A DNA stretch of 64,000 nt from Eledone cirrhosa (Eukaryota). The stretch is from assembly GCA_964016885.1 (NCBI GenBank), contig OZ024740.1, positions 152,024,001-152,088,000 of the forward strand, in the 5' to 3' direction. Within the stretch, counting starts at the first letter, position 1. Each line of letters opens with the position of its first letter. The notes under the pieces were generated by a model that saw only the letters and a list, made by a program, of their open reading frames with translations, was not told the DNA's origin and did not search any database. Shown here piece by piece: positions 26,938-40,620 of the stretch. The position numbers and the translations under genes are program-made.

Positions 26938-29470
26938 TTATTAACACTTTGCTTCTACTGATCATGGTGAAATACCAAACGTAGAATCCCACATCGGTAG
27001 CCAAGGGGGTCTCGGATATTTCAACGCTTTAAAGACAATATATCTACCCCCAGGGCGTTCAATAACCGGGCAAGTTATTGGGAAAACGGAGGAGGGAGAG
27101 AAGGAAAATAGAAGGGAAAAGGGCGAAAGAAAAAACAGCGAAAAAAAAACAAAAACTGAAGAATGTGCAGCAAGTGAAGATAGAATCCAAGACCACAGCG
27201 GCAACAGAACATAAGTTCGAGAGCGTGTGATCGAACGAAAAAGACGACTGACCCAAGCGAGTTTGAGTGAGAAAAGGAACTGCTAGAAGGTCAGGCGAGG
27301 AGAAACAATGAGGTGGCAAGCAGTGAGAGTGTGAGTGAAAGTGAGAGGGAGAAAGGGAGAGGAAGAAAGAGGGGGAAGGGTAGATAGTAATGAAATAGGT
27401 AGGTAGAGGGAGAGAGAAGATGGGTCACAGCGAAACATGATAAAATATATGGAGAATATGGTGGTAGTAAGTTAGGCTTAAAAATGGAATTAGAGGATGT
27501 CGATGCAAAATAGCAGGATGGCTAAGAGATTCGTTTCGAAAGCATTGGGTCTTGGGTTCGATCCCACTGAGTGAGATTTTGGGCAATTGTCACTTATATT
27601 AGCCTCGGATTGACCCATGCCTTGTGAGTGAAAGTTATGAGATAGAAGTTGTTTGGGAACCCACTGGTTGAACTGTATTTGTAATTCATGCGGCTTCTCA
27701 TGTAAGACACTGTGTCAGGCTGAATATTGCCGAGAATTTCGTTAAGGCTACACGTGTCTGTGGAATTTTCAACCATTTGCACATTAATTTCATGAGCAGA
27801 CTGTTTCGTTGAGTGAACAACTGGGACGCTCATCGCTGAAACTGATGAAGTTCCGCTGTACTCAGTAAGTATTGAAACCGTAAAATAAATCTTATACGCA
27901 TATAGAAAGTGGTATATCTCCTGTAACCCTCTAGCCTAATGTCTGCTATCGGTTGTTTTTAATAATAATGCAAAAGCAGCCGATATGGCACCATTCAGCT
28001 GTCGGCTGTTTCCTTCATTTCTTTTCGCCCACCATTTCCGTTAAATGTCTAATCTCCACCTGACAGCAAATACTGAACTCATTCTGTCTCTCTTTGTCTG
28101 TCTTCTCCCTCTCTCATCTTTCTTTATCTCGTTCTCTGCCTTCTCTCGCTTTCTATCGATCTATCTATCTATCTATCTATTTATTGTTTGTTGGTTACTT
28201 ATTCATTTATCCACTTTCTTTCTAACACTCACCTTCACCTTCACTTTCTTTCTAACACTCAGCTTCCTCTTCACTATCTTTCAAACACTCACTTTCTTTT
28301 ATTTTCTTACTCTCACTTTCTCTCATTCTTTATCTCCTACTCACTCTCTCACTCACTCTATTCTTTTTCCTCTATCTTGTTCCTCTCTTATTTTCTATCT
28401 CTCTCTTGTTTTGCTGTCAATATGTGTACATATGTGTGTATGTATATATACATGTAAGTGTGATTGTGCAATGATTTGGTCATTTGAGAGTAGAGATGAT
28501 ATATGAAAGGATCTACATCGATTTCGAAGATGAGTGTTCCAGTTGTTCTATCAACAGAACAGCTTACTCATGAAATTAACGTGTAAGTGGCTGAGCTTTC
28601 CACAGATACGTGTACCCTCAATGTAATTCACAGGAGATTCAACGTAGCACAGTGTGTAATCCAGCAGGCTATGTGAACTAAAGGTACAGTCTATCCGATG
28701 ATTTCCACATACTTTCCTTCTACTGAATTTCTCTCACAGGCATAGATCGACCCGGTGCTATGGTAAATGCAGATCTGTCAACCTCTAAAAACTCAAATGG
28801 AGAGCATCATGAAAAAAGTGCCCCCAAAACTGGGAGAAATGGGGCAAAATGGAAAGATTTTACATTATGAAAGCTATACCCACTTTCAGAAAAGAAGACA
28901 TCCCTCACCCACCCCAAAAGTGGGTGGGAGATCTCGTCGAGTGGGGAGAGTTGACATGTCTATAAATGTTGCCTGCCGAAGATGCCACGCAGTGGAATGA
29001 ACACGAAACATAAGAATTGCGAAGTAAACACTTTAACCTTTGAGTAATGCTTTTAGATATGTAGGAAGAATATGTCCGTGTATTTGGCTGATTGCGTGTA
29101 TATGTGGTTACAGAACTGAGTTCCTGTGTGTGGAAATGGATGTGAATAAAATGAAACTATATGTTTAAAGAGAAGAGAATATTGCTTTAAGATGTGTATG
29201 GTGTGCATACGTGCGTCTATGTGTGTTTGTTTGTGGATATGTTGAGGGAAATATCGATTTACAAGAATATGTGATGAGAAATGTGATTTGTATCTATGTG
29301 TTTCTGTGTGCGTACCCGCGTGTCCATGGGTGTGAGGTGCTGTGAACTGGGTATACAGAAATACAAATGCATATGCATCATAATTCTACGACAGTATGTG
29401 TTTGTGTGTGTTTGCATCGGTTTTCTGCGTACTTGTGTGTAGTGAGTGTGAGCATACGTATATGTGTGTG

Positions 29471-29532
<62 letters not shown>

Positions 29533-30522
29533 TGTGTGTGTGTGTGTGTGTGCGTGTGTGAACAGGACTTTAGCATATATTTGTGTATATACTATCATAC
29601 GCATGTATATAATGAGAAAACGTGAGAGTTAATGTGTGGAGTATGCGAGTGGAGAGTGAAACTTAAGGGAAGAGAGAATAACGAAAAGTAGGAAGAACGG
29701 AAATTTAGTGGGAGTGGAATACAGGTTCGTAAATTAGGATGTGTGTTGCTTTATATATTATTAACTTTATTTTTACACAGTTGATTTTATTGAACAAAAG
29801 TTATGCAATGATTAAAATATTTTTTTAAATAAAATTAAGAAATGGAAAAAAGGGTGAAAAGGGGGTAAGTGTATGAAGAACAGATCTGGCAGTATAGGAA
29901 AGTAAAGGAAAGGGCTATAACTGCCATAAATGAGATGAACATGAAGGAAAGAGCAAGGAGTATTACGCAACGGAAGAAAAAAGGGGGAAGAGGTGGGCTT
30001 GGCAGACTCCACACCTAGGTCAGAGCAGTGTTTCGAGTGCGCCCTGCGTCAAAAGTGCAAAGGCATTTCCATGGACAATGGCCAACGACACTCGTTGTAA
30101 CAGCTGCTCCACCACACGGAGGCTCCTTTTTCTGACGATCTGCCCTCGTTCGGATTTTAGGGAGAAGCACGGCTGAGGACGCCTGAGGTCTCGACGACGA
30201 CTGATACAAGGAGGAAGAGGCTGGACAACTCCCGGTATTTGTTTGTCTTCGTGTTATCTGCATTGCGGGCCGCAGTACCGGGCTTTGTGGCCGAAGCAAC
30301 TAATTTAGAGGCGGAGAACGTGTCACAGTATATCTTGTCAATTATTTCTCTTAGGGTTTAATAATTTCTCTCGCACTGACACACAAAATAGACATCTACT
30401 TGCACTTACAGAAACACTCTCTTTGATATAAACACACATATACAATTCGGAAACATATATATACACAAAGAGACAGACACAAATACACATTCTTACACAC
30501 TAATATATACGTCTGTACATTC

Positions 30523-30601
<79 letters not shown>

Positions 30602-30644
30602 TGTTTCTATGTGTATGTGTGTGTGTGTGCTGAATAATGAAAAT

Positions 30645-30838
30645 AAAAGCTGAAGTTGAGTGCTTTTTACAATCCTTTAAGAAGGTTGATTGATCAAAAT
30701 TAATCGATATAGTGACTGGAGTTACATTACTATTATCGATTACTCATTGTATCGATTAATTATTGTATCGATTAATCATGATCAATCAACCTCCTGAAAC
30801 GATCGTAAAACAAGGAACTAATTAATACTTTAACTTTG
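30645..30838. repeat. MITE-like imperfect inverted repeat
   Basis: TTTTACAATC..AGGTTGATTGATCA..ATTAATCGAT pairs with ATCGATTAAT..TGATCAATCAACCT..GATCGTAAAA. Internal TATCGATTA occurs three times. Confidence 0.6.
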
Positions 30839-30865
30839 TCTTCACGCTGGAAGCAGGGGATGCGT

Positions 30866-30907
30866 GGCTTTGATGATCGCCAACCAGCGTGAAACAGACT
30901 GTTAGCT
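30866..30907 (+). ncRNA. Hammerhead-like motif (U3.G8 variant) within a repeat related to 44445-45095
   Basis: GGCT-TTGATGA-T.CGC.CAACCA.GCG.T-GAAA-CAGACTG-TT-AGCT. The downstream 30920-31068 matches the 44.7-45.1 kb repeat. Confidence 0.55.
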
Positions 30908-31062
30908 TCTCTCCCTTCTTTCGCCGAAAAGAAGTAAATGACATAGTCACTACTTTAAAACCGATAGCGTATAGTTTTCTAAATGTTTTAATTAAACATA
31001 CGGTATATTGCCAAATATACTATACATACATTCATGTATACATCGCTATTTCAAAGCACCAA

Positions 31063-31117
<55 letters not shown>

Positions 31118-31271
31118 CTGTAGCTCGTTTGGATGCTCAATGAAATCCAATAGGATGTAAACCTGCTACAAAACAAGAACCCTCATTACCTGCTTTCTTT
31201 GAAATTATTACTTCTGTACTATATGGAGTTCTAACAGTGTCATTGGCCCTACCATAGACATGTAGATACCA

Positions 31272-31406
<135 letters not shown>

Positions 31407-31504
31407 TGTGTGTGTGTGTGTGTGCGTGTGTGTGTGTAAAAATAACAACATAATCGGTACAGTATATGGAAGAAATATATTAGCTTGAAATAGCAGGAAG
31501 AGGG

Positions 31505-31540
31505 TCTTAACGTTTCGGACGCTAGTGCTTCATCAGAAGA
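31505..31540 (-). ncRNA. Minimal type I hammerhead motif downstream of a Penelope remnant
   Basis: Minus strand reads TCTT-CTGATGA-AGCACTAGCGTCC-GAAA-CG-TT-AAGA. Stem III is palindromic (AACGTT) and stem II is weak. Confidence 0.6.
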
Positions 31541-32141
31541 AAGAATAAGAAATTAGAATGATTGAAGGGACAGACAGGGCGGAATCAGAAAAAAAAAATG
31601 TTTATATAAAAATAACAGGTCCATTCAAGTTGCCATCTCTTGGAAAACTGTTGATGCTGGTGTTTCGTGTATGATATACGTTTTTTAGAAAAGTGGATGA
31701 TGGAGCACGTCTACCTGGAATGGAAAAAAAAAACCGTTTTATATATAGAGCTACACGTGTGCGCGTGCGTGTGCGCGCGCAAGTGTGTCTGTGTGTTATT
31801 ATACGTCCGTACGAAGCTAAGAGGATATTTGTGTGTGTATAAGTAAGTAAAAGAGTATGGGCGTATGCTTGTAAGTATGAATCTGTGAGCAAAAGTATGT
31901 TAATATAAGGGAGTGTTTTTGTGTGTGCGTGTGTGTGTGCAGAGCTGTGAAGGGAAAAGCAGAGTGGTGTATGCGTGTTTTGTTGGTCTGTATAAACTGT
32001 AAGCGTATATGTTTTTGATCAATAGAGAGCCATAGGAATCTAGGGGTAAATGTACAAGCGCGTTGTGATAACAGACGGGGTAAGCGTGATGGGAGGAGGC
32101 GCAAAGGATAGAGAGGTAAGCACGAACGTATATATGTAATA

Positions 32142-32400
32142 TTAAAGAAATTGGGGAAGGGAGTTCAGTCCATGAAGGAAACAGGACCCAAGGCAGAAAA
32201 TCAGACTCCGTTCAGTCCTGGTGAGCGAGGCCTGTGATCCGTGATGTAAAAAGACACCAAGGACTGAGAGATGTAGGGAAGAGTGCCCTGGGGAACGGAA
32301 ATGACGGGCGACGGGAGTATCCATACGGAGTCGTGTGTCCTTCAAATGTTTTTCCGATGTATAAGGACACGCAAAGGGAATACCGGAGGCCATAGACAAC
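32142..32400 (-). pseudogene. Penelope-like GIY-YIG endonuclease C-terminal remnant
   Basis: HLKDTR..TPVARHFRSPGH...RTERSLIFCLGS..LHGLN matches the H..HF..H...E..I..L....GLN pattern. Confidence 0.7.
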
Positions 32401-32856
32401 GAGGGTGGAGGTGAGGTACAGGTGAAGGAGTGGCGGATAGGGAATGAACCGTTGGTGCCTGTGAGAGTGGTGAGGTTGGAAATGAAAGGACAGGTGTTAC
32501 AGTGAGAATGAGAACAAGGTCGTAGGAGAGGACGAGAAGGAACTGCGTATCAGGAGTCATAGAGATTACGGATGCGCTTAAATGTAATAACCTATATATA
32601 TATATATATATATATAGGTTATTACATTTAAGCGCGTCCGTAATCTCTATGATATATATATATGTGTGTGTGTGGGGGGGGGGGGGGTTATTACATGAGT
32701 AACTTGTGGTTATTATCGGCGACGCTGGTCGAAGCACTTGATGCTGTTACAGGTCCGTCTTTTGTCGGGTTGTGCTCCAGGTTTAAGGCGACTGTAGTTT
32801 TCAGAATGTATATATAGAGTAACGATAAGAATTGCGGCGTTTTGTGAAATTTTATT

Positions 32857-32944
32857 GCATATTACAATTGTTTCTATATCGATCGACGAGGGTTTGATCT
32901 GGCGATCGGATCCCGACTCTTAATCGACACTTCTTCAGATATAC
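32857..32944 (-). ncRNA. Type I hammerhead ribozyme motif with extended stem II
   Basis: Minus strand reads GTATAT-CTGAAGA-A.GTGTCGAT...ATCGATAT.A-GAAA-CAATTG-TA-ATATGC-AATAAA. A fold-back at 32929-33014 abuts it. Confidence 0.78.
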
Positions 32945-33711
32945 GAGTTTACATGGGTGGTCCCATCTAAGTTTGGATGGGACCACCCATGTAAACTCGC
33001 ATATCTGAAGAAGTATATATATATATATGCCAGGTTACCCTTCAACACTACTGGTCACATGTAATACAGTACGACCTGTGCACGGTCGGGTCGTCGGCAA
33101 CACTGCGGGGATGAAAAAACAGGTCCCGTCAAAGGGAGGGGATCTCAGGAGAGTCAACAGCCATCCAGTAAAGATCTTTTTCTTTTGTGTGTGGAGCGGG
33201 AGACTCCTAGTCTTCATTAAGACATCGCTCTAGAAGATCATTCTCATATAAAACCTGTGACTTCCTTTGAGTCCAGTGATGTAGACCGGTTCTACTTTTT
33301 CCGTAAATGTAGACAAATATATATATATACACACAAATATAAAAGAAAAGAGGAAAGGGAGAGAGATTTGTGATGTGTGCGTGTGGGGGGGGGGGGGTGT
33401 TAATAAGTTGAAAATAAAAACACAAACATAAATAAATAGATTGGTGACTAAATAGAGAGACAGATAGATAGATAGATAGATAACTTTCTATTTATTTGCC
33501 ACCAGGGCATAAAAGATTGGGGAAAATACAAGGGGGGGGGGGGGGTAATACAATAAAATGAGTACAAAAATATAACAAACAAAATAAAACAATCGAAGTC
33601 CTCAATAGGGAGGGGGCGTTTTGGGGGTCGCACACATCCCCGAAAAATGTGCAACCCTTCTCCTCGGGAGCACAAAGAGAGTGTGCTCCCTTCTTCTCCT
33701 ATTCTTTCCAC

Positions 33712-36700
33712 CTACAGGCTGATGTAGAGAGAAGGCCCATTCATACGGGCCATTCTCGCCACTTTCACCCACCTTTCATAAAACTGGCTGGGGTGGAGCA
33801 CCTCTCTCTCCATCCGGATCCTTCTTCCGAAATGATATTGGAAGAAAAGGACCAGTTGTTGGCCAGAGAGAAAGGTGTCCGACCTTAGTCCGTTCAAACG
33901 TGTCCACCATATAACCTCTTTCACCATGGCTATTACACAGAGGAAGACTGCCTCTCCTTCGTTTTTGAAGGGGGGAGGCGGTTTGATCGTAACAATAGAC
34001 TGGGTGGTCAACCGGATTGGTCCCACCCGTGACAGCAGTCGTTCCACATTGCCCCAGAGGTCGGCAACGCCCGGGCAGTATACCAATGCGTGCGCGACGG
34101 TCTCCTCGTCGTGCAAGAATCTCGAACAGATCTTTTTCGAAGGGTCCCTACCCGGGCGCCCGTGTCTATAGAGCTTGTCTCGAAAGGGAAGAGCCCCACG
34201 GTAGCACTGTCAGGCCAGGGACCTCTGATAGTTGTCCATCGGTCCCGGGCCAAATGTCCTACCGAACAGGCTGGCTAGTTCTTCCTCCTCCATGCCTAGG
34301 GCTTCTCCGATGGCGTCGTCGCACCAGCTGCTGACCAATCCTCTATAGGATGTCGAGGTGGAGTCTCCACTGATAGCTGGGTCCGCTTACCAGAGAGCCT
34401 TGAGCGCCTGAGCGCTCTCCGTGTGCCAGGCGTCCAGTTTTCTCCGTCTTTGCTTCATCCAGGACTGCAGCTCGGTGAGCGAGACAAGTCGCGGAAAGGC
34501 TCTCCTCACAAACGGGACCCACACCGGTTGACCCGTGAGGAATACCTGGAGGTGCCGTAGCCTTAATGCGCATTTACGCATCTGCAGCCACGGCACCCCT
34601 GCCCGCCTTTCGAAGGGTGTTGCCAACAGATGGATCTCCTCACCAAAGGAGCCCGCTTCTTCCAAAGTAATTGGAAGAGTGCGCGCTCAATTTTGGTGAG
34701 CGTTTCACCTGGGCAAAGCACGACAGTCAAGCGGTTATAGATGACGGATGCTATATAAGCGTTCGCCACCTCCGCCTGACCTTTCAGGGATGTTTGCAAT
34801 CGGCCCACTTCTGGGTCAGTGCAAACACCCTGTTCATTACCTCACCCCAGTTCTTCTCCACCTGGAGGTCTGGTCCGAACCAAACCCCGAGCAGCTTCAC
34901 CGGGCCCTCCGTCCAGCGTCCGACGACGCCGTCGGGGGGGCATCGGTTTTCCCTTCCACGTGCCAAGTTGCAAACCGACGTACTTGTCCCGGTTCATCTT
35001 CGCCCCTGTAAACCTTTCGTATTCCTCCAGTAAGATGCCGATCGCCCCGATTTCCGAGGTACACGACACCATTACTGTAACATCATCGGCGTAGGCCGAC
35101 ACCGCATTCCCGGTTCCAAAGGGATGCCCTGCAACAACTCCAACTTCCGCAGCAGTGGCACGAGAGCCAGCACATACAGAAGGGAGGAGAGAGGGCACCC
35201 CTGTCGGATGGACCGCACGCTTTGGACCGGCTCCGAGAGGTAGCCGTTCACCTTGACCCTCAAGCAGATGCGGCTGCTGTGCATGGCAGTAATCCAGCCC
35301 CTGAAAACGGGTCCGAAACCTGCTGCCGCTAGCACCGCATCCAGGTAACCATGGTCGACTATCGAACGCCTTAGATTGATCCAAGTTGATCAGGACCCCA
35401 CCAAAGCCGGGTTCATTCCCTACCCTCTCTATGATGTATCGCATGAGGTGGAGGTTGTCGTGAATGGACCTGGGGGATAGCGCATGTCTGCGCATCTCCC
35501 ACCAGGTTGTTGCCCACGACAAGCGCCAACCTCTTTGTTAACACCTTGGCCTAAATCTTTAACTCCACATTTAGCAGAGTTATGGACCTGAAATTACTTA
35601 TTTCATCCCCTTTGTTCTAGTCCTTCCTCACTAGCGAGACTACGCCCTTGGTCACAGAACAGGGAATTCTCCCGTTCTGTTGCCAGTTGCAGTAGACCGC
35701 CTCGAGGAGATCGGAAAAAAAGTCCGGCATCGCTACATAAAGTTCGTTTGGAAGACCTTCGAAACCCGGGGATTTGCGTTTGCCGCATTGGCTCAGCACG
35801 TCCGCTATTTCAGCAGCTGAAATTGGCCTTTCGCAGGATTTTTCCTCCTCGTTCGAAAGACGCGGTAGGCCGTCGAGATATGGACCGAAATCCACATCTT
35901 CCCCCCCCTGCCCCTCCCGAACAGTCGTGCAAAGTGCCTTTGAAAGGCCTCACACATCTGTCCAGGTTCAAGGATCACCCGTCCATCCTGGTCCTTCAAA
36001 GACCGGATAGTGGATTTAATCCCACTTTTGGCTTCTGTCACGCGGGCCCAGCTAACAGCTTTGGCTCCCTCGTTTCCTAGAGCACGTATTTTACTTCTGA
36101 CAACGCAGCCTTCCTGCTTCGCGTCGAAAAACTGGTCTAAGGCCGTTCTCGACGCTAGTACTCTGGCTACGTTGCCACTTCTAATCGCCTCTTCTACTCT
36201 ATCTACCAACTCCCTTTCCTTCCTATTCCTATCTGAAGCTAATTCCTTACTAAAACCTATCGAGACTACTCTAATCTCTCTCTTGAGAGATCCCCACCAC
36301 CTGCTGTTGACGATAGCCCCCGTCAACCGTTCCTTAACTAAAGCGCTAATCCGATCCCTGTAAGCTTTACTTGCCGGTAAGGACAAGTTCAGCTTCCAGT
36401 AACCGGGTCCCTGTCTATGCGTTCTATCAAGGTTGACTAAGCAGGTCACTAATTTGGGATCTGAATAGTCAACCATGCGCATCGCTGGACAACTTAGTAG
36501 GTCCCTATCCTTATTTCTAACTAGGACCCTATCTAGGTATGACCTAGATGATCCGCTGAGGTTAGTCCAAGTCCAGGTTAGCGCAGTCGGAAAATCTAGT
36601 CGATATCTATCGGCCAGGTCAAATCGGCCGATTAACCGTTTGAGGCTGTTACACCCCCCTCTATCGGGACATGCCCCTACATAGTCCCAACGTGCATCTA

Positions 36701-37126
36701 GGATACCATTCCAGTCCCCCACTAAAAGCAAGGAGCGGGACGTCCCTAGAAAAGTCTCCAGACGTTGGAAGAAGTCCGACCTCGCTGCCCCAAAAGAGGC
36801 ATAGGCGGCGACCAGCCTAAAGGCTCTACCTTCACCACTGCCAACGTCTAGTACCACCAGTCGACACTCCGGGTCCAAGTGCACCGTCTGCGTTGCGAGG
36901 CCCAGGTGTTTTTGCAGCAGAACGACAACCCCACCCCACCTCCTGGTCGACAGAGAGATGCATAGATCTCAAAGTCGTTAAAGGTGGAGGCTAGCTGGCG
37001 TTCGCTGCTGACCCTGGACTCGCAAATAGCCATGACATTTATACTGCGCGACCTAAGGTCATTTAGAAGTTTTGCCTGCTTCCAAGGTGAACTCAGGCCA
37101 CGCGCATTCAAACATCCTACCCTCAA
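33712..37126 (-). pseudogene. Tx1-like ORF2 (APE endonuclease, RT, C-terminal zinc knuckle)
   Basis: GCLNARGL, GDWN, SYLDR, PGYWKLN, KSPG..GLP.E.Y, LDQSKAFD, RQGCPLS, YADD and EETVAHALVYC motifs, with several frameshifts and stops. Confidence 0.9.
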
Positions 37127-37349
37127 TACAGCCTTGTTGGCGGCGAAGGGGAAGAAAAAGAAAAGGCACCTACCTCCTTACATCCCCGGGACCGGGCTGC
37201 ACAACTTCCATGGGGGTGAGGGAGGGGTTGTTGGGTGGAGTGGTGGTTTGTGGTGGTGTGGGGACATCAGAGTGTGGTGGGATTGGGGTGTTTGGTGTGG
37301 TGTGGGTGTCTGAGGTGGAGGTGGGGAAATTTTTCAAGAGGACGCGGTT

Positions 37350-39105
37350 CATTGGTTTTACACAGCGGTGGGGGGAGCCACGTCCTCAGGAAAATTGTCT
37401 TTTAGTTCTATATAAATGTCTATCGGAGTTTTAATCATTTTTAAAGAGGGGTTCTCTGTGTCCCTCGTGAAATTTGGCCCATCGGTTTTCACCGAGGGGT
37501 TTTGTTCAATTTTGTTTACAAATTTTATATTTTTTGTGTTGAAGTATGTGTATAGCTGTGTCTGTGTAATTTGTGTTGGTTTTTGTTCTGTATTTTTTTG
37601 TGTTTTGTTTTGGGGAGGGGTTATTTTCCTTTACGTGGGTGCGGTGTGTTTTCTTTTTTTTTCGCTTTATTTTTTGGAAGAGTTCCCCTCGTCTTTTGAC
37701 TTTAAGGGGTCCTCTTCCATGTTGGGGTTTTGTTATGTATGTTGTTGGAGTTGTTTTAGGTGGGGGAGGGGTTGGGTGGGACCGTGTTCAGTTTTTTGTT
37801 GACTTGTGTTTGTTGTTTTGGGGGGGTGGTGGTGGTGGTGGTGGTGGTGGTGATTGTGATTTTGATTGTGGAGTTGTTTTGGGTGTGGAGGGGTTGGGTG
37901 GGTCCGTGTTCAATTTTTTGTAGACTTGTTGTGTTTGTGGTGGTGGTGGTGTTGTTGTATTTGGAGGTGTTGCCAGTAAAGGTTTTTTAGTTTGTTGAGG
38001 ACAGGCAGCCCTCAGGTGACCTCTGCCTCCACAGAGGGAGCAAGCGGACCGCCTATCCTCAACTGCAATGTTCATAAATTGGGAGCCTTCCAGGGAAACT
38101 CTTTGGGGTATTTTGCGATACGTTCTGGTTTCTTTCGAACCAGAACCTGTATGCCTATACTGCCAAAATGGCCCCTGGTGGCTTTGCCTATATCAAGGAG
38201 TTCATCTTCGTCGTCCAGTATCCCTCCTAGTATCCACCACATATTTTATTTGGGTGTATACCGGAGATTGTTATTTTTTAGTTTTCTTCCCCATGTAGGT
38301 GGGGAAGAAAGTGTACTGTTTGGACACAATTGGCGACACCGAGTATTTTTGGGCCACCAATTGGTCCTTCATCAAAATTATCGGACTCCCATATAACTTC
38401 TCTCTCAATAAAAGTCATGTCCTTCAATGCGTCTTTTAACACCATCTCAATTTCCTTATGCGATAATTGAGCTTTTTTCGACGCATTTGATATAGTTCTA
38501 AAATTAATTGTCTTTAGGACCATGTCTCTTTTAATATCCTTAGGGGAGATTATGGTGAATTCACCGTTTTCACCAAAGCTCACTTGTTTTCTCCCCTCTT
38601 TTGGCAATTCCGCTACATTACTGATGTCAACTGGGATGAAAGTTTCGGTTTCCTTAACGACCTGGGTAAAGGATATTCGTGTAGTGGGGTCTTTTTTTTG
38701 TGTTTCATTGCTGTTGTTCTTGTTTTCTTGGGTGTTTGCGTTTTGGTTGTTGTTGTTTGCGGTACAGTTTTTTTGGTTTTCACCCATATTTTCGGGTTTT
38801 GAGTTCACATATATGTTGTTTTCTTTGTCATTGTTGCTGCTGTTTTCGCTTTTGTGTGTGTTTGTGTTATTTTCTTTGTTATTTGTGTTGGTATTGTTGG
38901 TGTCAGTGTAATTTATACATTCTTTCAATTTACTGTTTCCATTGTTTGGGTTATTAACCAAGCTTTTACAATTCTTCGCCAAATCCACTTCCATACTCGC
39001 ATCCGAAAGCGAGAGAAGGGAAGCTTCAGTGGGTTGAGTTACTTGTTGCTCTTTATCCCTTTCCCTGGGGGGCGTGGCAGTGGTGTTTTCATGTATGGTG
39101 TCCAT
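37350..39105 (-). pseudogene. Tx1-like ORF1 (Asn-rich N-terminus, CCHC knuckle, Pro/Thr-rich tail)
   Basis: ATG at 39105, CSLCGGRGHLRAAC zinc knuckle and an internal ~120-bp tandem duplication at about 37745-37955. The frame is shifted and the 3' end is approximate. Confidence 0.8.
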
Positions 39106-39415
39106 TATTGTAAGTCTATCAACGATAGATAGATAGATGTTATTCTTCTTTAATTCCTGTTATCCCCTACTTACACAAACCAATGACTGGACGGATCTTT
39201 TCACCGGTGTTTCTGACGCGAATAACTGTCTTAGTCTCTGAGGATTTACATATCCTTTTGTAGTTAACTCTTATTCAGTGACGCGAAAACTCTCTGCTTT
39301 ATATGTGTGTGTATGTGAGTGTGTGTGTTTATAAAAATAATCAAATATAATTTGAGGCACATATGCGCTCACACACACACACACAAACACACACACAAAC
39401 ACACACAAACACACA

Positions 39416-39528
<113 letters not shown>

Positions 39529-39860
39529 GTATATGTATGTATGTATGTATCTATACAAACTTAAGTAAATTAAGAAAGAGAGGACAAGACAACGAACGGA
39601 AACAAAACAAAACGAAAAACAATTTTTTCAAGGGGAAACCTTCAAAATTATTATTTTTAAATAAAAATACAAACGAAGGACATAGAACTCCATGGTCATC
39701 GGCCGTTGGAACGGACTTTGGCAGTTTCGACCCACAGTGTCTGACATAAACCAAACGATGTCCATGGAATATGAGACGAGAGACAAAACACTGATTTATT
39801 CCAATTAAGCTACAAAACACATAGAATTTTGTATAATGACAGGGAATAAGTGTGGTGCCC

Positions 39861-39939
<79 letters not shown>

Positions 39940-40004
39940 AGTTTGAAGAACAGTCAGACAAAATATATCCAATTTGTATATATATATATATACATATGCT
40001 GCGC

Positions 40005-40620
40005 AGTGCACTCAACATGTGAATGGAGTTCCATAGAAACATGTAGAGAAGTTCGAGTATCTCGGAGCCGTGTTCACAAATGATGACAAGAGCCTGAATT
40101 AAGTGCAAGATTTGCAAAAGCAAGTGCAGTAATGCGCCAGCTTCAGCATTCAGTAATCAGAAGAAGGGGGGAGGGGGGTTAAAAGCCAAACTCGCTATCT
40201 TCAATTCAGCTTTCGTGCCAACCCTTACCTATGTTCATGAATCTTGGGTAATGACCGAAAGAATACGATCGCGAATTCAAGCAGCCGAAATGGGACTCCT
40301 CCTCCGAAGTATCTTTGGAAAAACGTTATTAAATAAAGTGCGTAGCTCGGAGATCAGCGAGTCACTCCAGGTAGAGCCGCTACTTCTTCGATACTAAAGA
40401 CATGTGGTTTGAATGTCTCAGGAAATAATCGCTGGACAAAACCAACCACCAAGAGACCCAGGGGTAGACACCGAGCAAGATGGTTGGATAACATCCATGT
40501 GCTTGGCTGGTCACGCTTGGGGATCCAGCTGGATCTGTTTGAGACCGTTGCTTCTGACAGAACCCTTTGGAAGAGGCGTTTGAGGACTCTGCTCCCACAA
40601 AAATTTGAAGGCAACGGAGA
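40005..40620 (+). mobile_element. RTE-clade LINE 3' fragment
   Basis: EKFEYLG, PTLTYVHESW, RIQAAEM, VRSSEI and KRPRGR..RWLD motifs. Confidence 0.85.

Larger units (their letters stand above)
33482..39124 (-). mobile_element. Full-length Tx1/L1-clade non-LTR retrotransposon, decayed
   Basis: Two broken ORFs, an A-rich 3' end (AATAAATAGAAAG) and (GATA)n at both boundaries. Confidence 0.9.
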
